Source of the DNA: a virus
Strand: one strand, 5' to 3'
Virus record (IMG/VR): IMGVR_UViG_3300042731_011319
Coordinates: 32,001 to 96,000 of that record
Length of the DNA: 64,000 bases
Program-made: the position numbers and the translations under genes
Shown: piece by piece, positions 58,342 to 64,000 of the stretch
Layout: each line of letters starts with the position of its first letter
Position numbering within the stretch: position 1 is the stretch's first letter
Notes under the pieces: model-generated
Told to the model about the DNA's origin: nothing
The model's input: only the letters and a program-made list of their open reading frames with translations
Databases searched by the model: none

Positions 58342-59250
58342 TTAAGGTCGATTGTTAAGAACCCATTCTTCAAATTCTTGAACAGGATTCCAGTGCAAGA
58401 GTTTTTTGGCTTTGGTATTATCAGCTAAAGTTTCACGAGATTCACCTGGCCGAGGATCAATGTGGATATGTTCTCCTCCTACTAATTTTACAATATCGAG
58501 CACGGAATAATTTCTTCCAGTGCCAAGGTTAAACATTTCACCAATGATTTCTTTGTTTTCTGATTCACCAGCTAGATACATAGCTTGGGCAATATCTTTA
58601 ACATAAGTATAATCTCTTGTTTGTAAACCATCTCCTACCACTGTCATTGGTTCTCCGGCCTCCTTTTGCCTGAAAAATAATCCAACAACTGGAGCATAAT
58701 CTCCGCTTAAAGGTTGACGTTCACCATAAACATTAAAAAAGCGAAACAAAACAGTTTCTAACCCAAAAAGTTTGGTGTACATCTTGCATAATTCTTCACA
58801 GTTAGCTTTGCTAACAGAATAAGGATTTAAGCAATCATTGGGCATGTCTTCTTTTAATGGAATAGGATTTGCTAAGCCATAACAAGAAGAAGTACCAGCA
58901 AACATCACCCTTTTGCATTTGTTGAGTCTAGCTGCCTGTAATACATTTACGGTTCCGAGGGAGTTGTTCTTAACCGCATCAGATGGATCTTGGACACAAA
59001 TTTGAATACGAGACCTTGCAGCTAAATGAAAAACTAAATCTACACCTTTAAATAAGGGTTCTAATTTTTCGAAGTCACAAATATCGACCTTATGATTTTC
59101 GGTATCATCTCTCCAGTTGAATTGGGAATTTGCGGTAGAAGATTCATCATCAATTACTACAACATCATGACCTGCATTAATTAAGATTTCAACAAGGTGG
59201 CTGCCAATAAAACCAGCCCCTCCGGTAACTAAACATTTTTTCTTAGACAT
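58342..59250 (-). CDS. NAD-dependent nucleotide-sugar 4-epimerase-like SDR
   Basis: TGGAGFIG, HLAA, Y..SK, R.FNVYG, GDG.QTRD. Confidence 0.9.
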   Translation of the reverse strand: MSKKKCLVTGGAGFIGSHLVEILINAGHDVVVIDDESSTANSQFNWRDDTENHKVDICDFEKLEPLFKGVDLVFHLAARSRIQICVQDPSDAVKNNSLGTVNVLQAARLNKCKRVMFAGTSSCYGLANPIPLKEDMPNDCLNPYSVSKANCEELCKMYTKLFGLETVLFRFFNVYGERQPLSGDYAPVVGLFFRQKEAGEPMTVVGDGLQTRDYTYVKDIAQAMYLAGESENKEIIGEMFNLGTGRNYSVLDIVKLVGGEHIHIDPRPGESRETLADNTKAKKLLHWNPVQEFEEWVLNNRP

Positions 59251-59258
59251 GATTCTTA

Positions 59259-60203
59259 TTACACAGTATTTTTATACCATTGATAAGTTTTTTTAAGACC
59301 TTCTTTTAGGCTGTGTTTTTGTAGATAGCCTAAGCCTTTTATTCTAGAATTGTCCATTTTTTTTCTGAAAGTACCGTCAGGCTTAGATGAATCAAAAACA
59401 ACATATCCTTCGTAATTGATTGTTTGCTTGATAGTTTCAAGTAATTCTCTGATGGTAACTTCATCTTCAGATCCGCAATTAAGATGCGATATCCCAGATG
59501 AATATATGGATTCAGCGGTGACATTCTCTAGGCAAAAGCAAATTGCATCGGCAAGATCATCAACGTAGAGAAACTCTCTTAGTGGTTTACCACTACCCCA
59601 TATTTCAACATGGTCTGAGTTGGATTGTTTGGCGGTATCTACTTTACGAATAAAGGCGGGTAAAACATGAGAAGTTTCTAAGTCAAAATTATCTCCGGGG
59701 CCATATAAATTGCAGGGCATTAATGAATAAAAGTTAGAGCCATACTGGTGATAGAATGCTTCACACATTTTTAGGGCAGCTATCTTGGCAATCGCATATG
59801 GTTCATTGGTATTTTCAAGGAGACCAGTCAGCAAGGACTCTTCTTTTATTGGTATCTCTGCATGTTTTGGGTAAATGCAAGAAGACCCTAAATTTATCAA
59901 CTTTTTAACACCATTAGAATGGCTTGATTTTATAATATTAGAAGATATCTGTATGTTATCATATATAAAGTCGGCCCTATATGTATCGTTAGCTAAAATG
60001 CCTCCTACTTTTGCAGCACACAAAATAACATAATCAAATTTCTCATGAGAGAAAAAAGATTCTACTTGATTTTGGTTGGATAAGTCTAGCTCACTCCTTG
60101 TTTTTGTAACAATATTAGAGTATCCTGAAGATTTTAATTTACGTACAACAGAAGATCCGACCATCCCTCGATGACCAGCCACAAAGACCTTTGAATCTTT
60201 CAT
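59259..60203 (-). CDS. fcl: GDP-L-fucose synthase
   Basis: GHRGMVGS, AAKVGGI, GSSCIYP, YAIAK, SHVLPA, WGSG.P.REF. Confidence 0.95.
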   Translation of the reverse strand: MKDSKVFVAGHRGMVGSSVVRKLKSSGYSNIVTKTRSELDLSNQNQVESFFSHEKFDYVILCAAKVGGILANDTYRADFIYDNIQISSNIIKSSHSNGVKKLINLGSSCIYPKHAEIPIKEESLLTGLLENTNEPYAIAKIAALKMCEAFYHQYGSNFYSLMPCNLYGPGDNFDLETSHVLPAFIRKVDTAKQSNSDHVEIWGSGKPLREFLYVDDLADAICFCLENVTAESIYSSGISHLNCGSEDEVTIRELLETIKQTINYEGYVVFDSSKPDGTFRKKMDNSRIKGLGYLQKHSLKEGLKKTYQWYKNTV

Positions 60204-61231
60204 TTAGATAAAAGAGAATAGTCGTTGTGGTACATTTTTTCAACAAGACCATTAAAATCTGTCTTACGTACCCAACCCATTTCCTTTTCAGCTAAACTGC
60301 AATCTCCGCAAAGTTCGTGGACTTCGGCGGGACGATAAAATTTAGGATCTACTTTAAAGATGAGTCTGCCGTCTAGCGTACGGTATTCCTCTGTATCGTC
60401 CGACCCTGAGCTAATATAATCAATCTCTGCGCACTTTAAGCTTTGATTTAAGAATTCTCTAACTGTGTGCATTTTTCCGCTGCCAAGTACGTAGTTTTTT
60501 GGAGCATCTTGATTAAGCATAAGCCAAACACCGGGCATAAAATCTTCTGCATCACTCCAGTCTCTCTTAGCATCAAGGTTGCCAAGATATAATACAGGGA
60601 TATCCTTGTTTAATTCTATAGCTTTTTTGATGCTTGCAACTCCATGACTGATCTTCCTGGTAACAAAATCAAGTCCACGTCTTGTTCCTTCATGGTTGAA
60701 TAACCATCCTTGTACAGCATACAAACTGTAAGACTCTCGATACACTCTAACCAAATGTCTTGCAGCACATTTTGCAGCACCATAGGGTGACTGGGGTCTA
60801 AGTGGGTGACTCTCGTCTTGAGGACTAGTTATAACATCTCCAAATTCCTCAGACGATCCTGCATTATAAAATCTACATTCTGGCGCAAACCTTCTAATTG
60901 ATTCGAGCATATGAAGAACAGAATTAGAGTCAGTGTCCCATGTTTGAATAGGGAAATCCCAGCTGCCAGCAACAAAAGACTGGGCAGCAAAGTTAATAAA
61001 ATAATCAGGTTTAATATCAATAACAACATCTCTAACACTATGAGCATCATTTAGGTCCATATTGATGATCCTGAAACGATCAGATTCTTTTAGGTGAGCG
61101 ATATTCTCATGATTTTTAACACTAAGACGACGAACTGATCCATAAATCTCAACACCAGTATGCTTTAATAAATAATCGACCATATGACTACCGTCTTGGC
61201 CAGTAATACCTGTTACAATAACTTTTTTCAT
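60200..61231 (-). CDS. gmd: GDP-mannose 4,6-dehydratase
   Basis: TGITGQDG, AAQS.V, SSE.FG, SPY.AAK, FNHE, FVTRKI, RPAEV. Confidence 0.95.
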   Translation of the reverse strand: MKKVIVTGITGQDGSHMVDYLLKHTGVEIYGSVRRLSVKNHENIAHLKESDRFRIINMDLNDAHSVRDVVIDIKPDYFINFAAQSFVAGSWDFPIQTWDTDSNSVLHMLESIRRFAPECRFYNAGSSEEFGDVITSPQDESHPLRPQSPYGAAKCAARHLVRVYRESYSLYAVQGWLFNHEGTRRGLDFVTRKISHGVASIKKAIELNKDIPVLYLGNLDAKRDWSDAEDFMPGVWLMLNQDAPKNYVLGSGKMHTVREFLNQSLKCAEIDYISSGSDDTEEYRTLDGRLIFKVDPKFYRPAEVHELCGDCSLAEKEMGWVRKTDFNGLVEKMYHNDYSLLSK

Positions 61232-61281
61232 TAAATAATAATTTACACTTTGTATTAAAAATTACAATTAATATTTTTTAC

Positions 61282-61309
61282 TTGACATTTTCTTATTATA
61301 TGTTATAAT
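61282..61309 (+). promoter_or_regulatory. sigma70-type promoter for the sigma-factor operon
   Basis: TTGACA-16 nt-TATAAT with TG extension; a second TTGACA-18-TAACAT at 61382..61411. Confidence 0.65.
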
Positions 61310-61425
61310 ATTTTCCTTAAACTTTAGTTTAAGGATATTCTTATGTTAATCTTACTATCTATCGTAAACCTCATAATAATGTTGACATAACATATAATAT
61401 TATGTTAACATTTAAAAAATTCAAT

Positions 61426-62034
61426 ATGGAAAATTTAAAAAACATGACAGACTTCGAATTGATTTCAGAAGTCAAGGAAACAAGCGCATCCGGAGAGTGC
61501 CTGCAGGAATTAGTTGCGAGGCATAGTGGTATTTATATGACTATGGTGCATAGCTACTTACCTAATTCTGGCAGCAATGGGCCATCTTATAAGAACGAGT
61601 TAATTTCTGACAAGAATTACTTCATATACAAAGCCGCAATGAAATACGATGAGACTAAAAACACAAAGTTCTCAACCTATCTAGGAAACGAGACAAGATG
61701 GATGTGTCTGAATCTATACAATAAAAACAAAAACAAAACCATGCGCGAAACAAACTTGGCAACATTATCCCAAAAAGATATAATCACTGAAGATGATATA
61801 AAGTTATTAAAAATAAATAAAGAAATGCTGGATAAAATAATCAATCTAGCTGAAAAATCTAAAGATGAACGAGTTTTAAAGATTCTTAAATTAAGATATA
61901 TCGAAGCTGAAGGAAATAAAGTAACACCATGGAAAAAGATTAGCGATGAATTAAATTTAAGTATACAAGGTTGCATTAATATTCACAATAAAGGTATCAA
62001 AAAAATACAAAAACAACTTGAAAAAGAAATATGA
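61426..62034 (+). CDS. sigma70-family RNA polymerase sigma factor
   Basis: Region 2 (A..KYD..K.TKFSTY) and region 4 HTH (I..LRY...W..IS..L.LS...I..H...I.K); start probably ATG 61426 (track gives 61402). Confidence 0.85.
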   Translation: MENLKNMTDFELISEVKETSASGECLQELVARHSGIYMTMVHSYLPNSGSNGPSYKNELISDKNYFIYKAAMKYDETKNTKFSTYLGNETRWMCLNLYNKNKNKTMRETNLATLSQKDIITEDDIKLLKINKEMLDKIINLAEKSKDERVLKILKLRYIEAEGNKVTPWKKISDELNLSIQGCINIHNKGIKKIQKQLEKEI

Positions 62035-62414
62035 TTAATAAATTTATAGGTATAGGTAATCTCACTAAATCTCCCGAACTCAAGGATTTAAATGGCTATA
62101 ATAAATGTTCGTTCTCGATAGCAATAAATAGCTCCAAAGAAGAAGTTTTATTTCTGGATGTTGAATGTTGGAATAAGGTTGCAGACAACTGTTCAAAATA
62201 CCTATCTAAAGGGTCTTGTGTTTACATAGAAGGTAAAGTTAAGCTAAATAAATGGCAAGACAAGCAAGGATGCCCAAGGCAAAGGTTCTTTATATCAGCT
62301 GATATAGTTAGGTTTCTACCTAATGGAAAAAAAGAAAATACAGAATTAGTTGAAAACCCCCAACCTTCAGATAATATAAAAGAAATTATTAATCCCGAAG
62401 ACATGCCTTTTTAA
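62031..62414 (+). CDS. ssb: single-stranded DNA-binding protein
   Basis: N...GNLT..PE, W.K.A....YL.KG..V..EG, C-terminal DMPF. Confidence 0.92.
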   Translation: MINKFIGIGNLTKSPELKDLNGYNKCSFSIAINSSKEEVLFLDVECWNKVADNCSKYLSKGSCVYIEGKVKLNKWQDKQGCPRQRFFISADIVRFLPNGKKENTELVENPQPSDNIKEIINPEDMPF

Positions 62415-62415
62415 T

Positions 62416-63501
62416 ATGGAGTACATTAATTTTTCAGCCCCTATAAATTCATTAAGCTTTGGAAATGTATCACTAAATATGCTGAGAGCTTTTTATCAAA
62501 TTGATCAAAAAGTCTGCTTCTTCCCCATTGGTAATAGTATAGAATTAAAAGCATTCGATAAGATTGACGATGATTTTAAGTCTTGGATTCAGGACTGCTA
62601 TAATAATCGATACATTAATTTAAATAAAGATAACCCAAGTTTGAAAATGTGGCACCTGAATGGATCAGAGTCAAACATAGGTCCTAATAGTTTTCTGTAT
62701 ACATTCTACGAGTCTGATAATCCTACAAAGTCAGAACTTAATATTTCATCAGTTCAAAAAAGAACTATATTTAGCAGCTCTCATGCTAAGGAATGTTTTC
62801 AAAACAAAGGTGCATCAAATACTAATTATATACCTATAGGTTTTGATGAAGATTTTCATGTAACAAATAAAACTTACCTAAAAGATAAAATACTCTTTGG
62901 CTTAGTTGGTAAATTTGAAAAAAGAAAACATACATCTCGTATCCTAAACCTATGGGCGCAAAAATATGGGGACAATCCAGATTATCAATTAACTTGTTGC
63001 ATCACTAATCCTTTTTTTGAAAAGGAACAAATGAATACATTAATTAGTCAAGCTTTAGAAGGTAATAGATATAAAAATATCAACTTCTTACCCTATCTAG
63101 AAACAAACTCTGAAATGAACGAACTTTACAATGCTATAGATATTAACCTAAGTGGATTAAGCGGGGCAGAAGGATGGAACCTTCCTGCATTCAATTCCAC
63201 CTGCTTAGGTAAATGGTCTATTGTACTAAATTGCACATCTCATAAAGATTGGGCAAACTCCAGTAATTCAATCTTAGTGGAACCCAACGGAAAAGAAGAC
63301 ATTTACGATGACACTTTTTTTGTTGAAGGTAGCGAATTCAACCAAGGAAAAGTGAACACATTTAGCGACGAAGATTTCTATACTGCAACTGAAATTGCAA
63401 TTAAAAAACATAATCAAGAAAACAAAGAAGGACTTAAATTACCATCTACTTTTAACTACAAAAATACTATTAACCAAATACTAAAAATTATAAAATCATG
63501 A
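62416..63501 (+). CDS. GT4-like glycosyltransferase
   Basis: G..E.RK, EGWNLP. Confidence 0.8.
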   Translation: MEYINFSAPINSLSFGNVSLNMLRAFYQIDQKVCFFPIGNSIELKAFDKIDDDFKSWIQDCYNNRYINLNKDNPSLKMWHLNGSESNIGPNSFLYTFYESDNPTKSELNISSVQKRTIFSSSHAKECFQNKGASNTNYIPIGFDEDFHVTNKTYLKDKILFGLVGKFEKRKHTSRILNLWAQKYGDNPDYQLTCCITNPFFEKEQMNTLISQALEGNRYKNINFLPYLETNSEMNELYNAIDINLSGLSGAEGWNLPAFNSTCLGKWSIVLNCTSHKDWANSSNSILVEPNGKEDIYDDTFFVEGSEFNQGKVNTFSDEDFYTATEIAIKKHNQENKEGLKLPSTFNYKNTINQILKIIKS

Positions 63502-63689
63502 ATAATATAAGACGTGAAGGACCAAATGTTTTACTTTGTTGTGGAAAAGGCAGATGCCCTGCATTATCTAAACTTGAAGAAAAGGATGATCTATACTCTC
63601 TAACCGACGATTTTGGAGGAAAGGTTCATTTAACTAAAGAACAACTTCTAGTAATTCAAGAGGCGGTACAAGAACTTGATAAGTCTTAA
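63498..63689 (+). CDS. hypothetical Cys-containing protein
   Basis: CCGKGRCP; coupled ORF. Confidence 0.6.
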   Translation: MNNIRREGPNVLLCCGKGRCPALSKLEEKDDLYSLTDDFGGKVHLTKEQLLVIQEAVQELDKS

Positions 63690-63978
63690 TTTAATTGCTG
63701 CTATCGGGTTGATGTGGATTCTGAGATACGGATCCATATTTAATAGCCCCAGAACTTATTTATGCGATAAGTCTAAAATTCTAAATAAACTATTTAATTG
63801 TAGTTTATGTTTAGGTTTTTGGTGTGGATTAATTGTTGGCTTTTTTAATTATTTTTATATACAAGAAAGCTTAGTATATATATTATTTCCTTTTGCTTCA
63901 TCTGCATGTTGTTGGTTTTTTGATTCTTTACTTGATTTAATTCAATTATCTTGTAATTTTTTAGATAAAAAAGATTGA
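63676..63978 (+). CDS. DUF1360-like membrane protein
   Basis: TM segments with C..C.GFW. Confidence 0.6.
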   Translation: MISLNLIAAIGLMWILRYGSIFNSPRTYLCDKSKILNKLFNCSLCLGFWCGLIVGFFNYFYIQESLVYILFPFASSACCWFFDSLLDLIQLSCNFLDKKD

Positions 63979-64000
63979 CATTTTGCGGTAAATTGGTACA

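Noticed and set aside
1-64000. Stop-codon reassignment
   Set aside because: Genes are full length and tile densely under the standard code, ending in TAA, TAG and TGA

Overview
A gene-dense, AT-rich segment best explained as part of a large (probably jumbo) tailed-phage genome. Almost all genes lie on the - strand up to a divergent switch at ~61.3 kb. From left to right: the 5' end of a probable tmRNA gene (cut by the window edge); a UvsE-like protein lacking most metal ligands; a tail-fibre/virion cluster with a PII-fold gene coupled to one fibre; a ClpC-like ATPase; a replisome (DNA Pol III alpha split into PHP and catalytic genes with a DnaQ-like exonuclease between them, primase, DnaB, RecA, PD-(D/E)xK nucleases) interrupted by a paralogous fibre plus two 2OG-Fe(II) oxygenases; a ~23 kb island of about 18 glycosyltransferase-like genes, 6 sulfotransferases, a methyltransferase and a GDP-mannose 3,5-epimerase with a MORC-like GHKL ATPase embedded; a class Ic-type ribonucleotide reductase, J-domain protein, membrane-anchored subtilase and Gmd/Fcl; then a sigma factor, SSB and GT4 on the + strand. 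Two promoter classes are visible: sigma70-type promoters predicting leaderless mRNAs, and a recurring GTGTA motif 9-12 nt before start codons. The strongest candidates for new biology are the sulfated/fucosylated glycan island, the PII-fold tail-fibre partner, the swappable fibre cassettes and a possible tmRNA/Clp proteostasis module. All family calls come from motif recognition by eye; no database searches were run.
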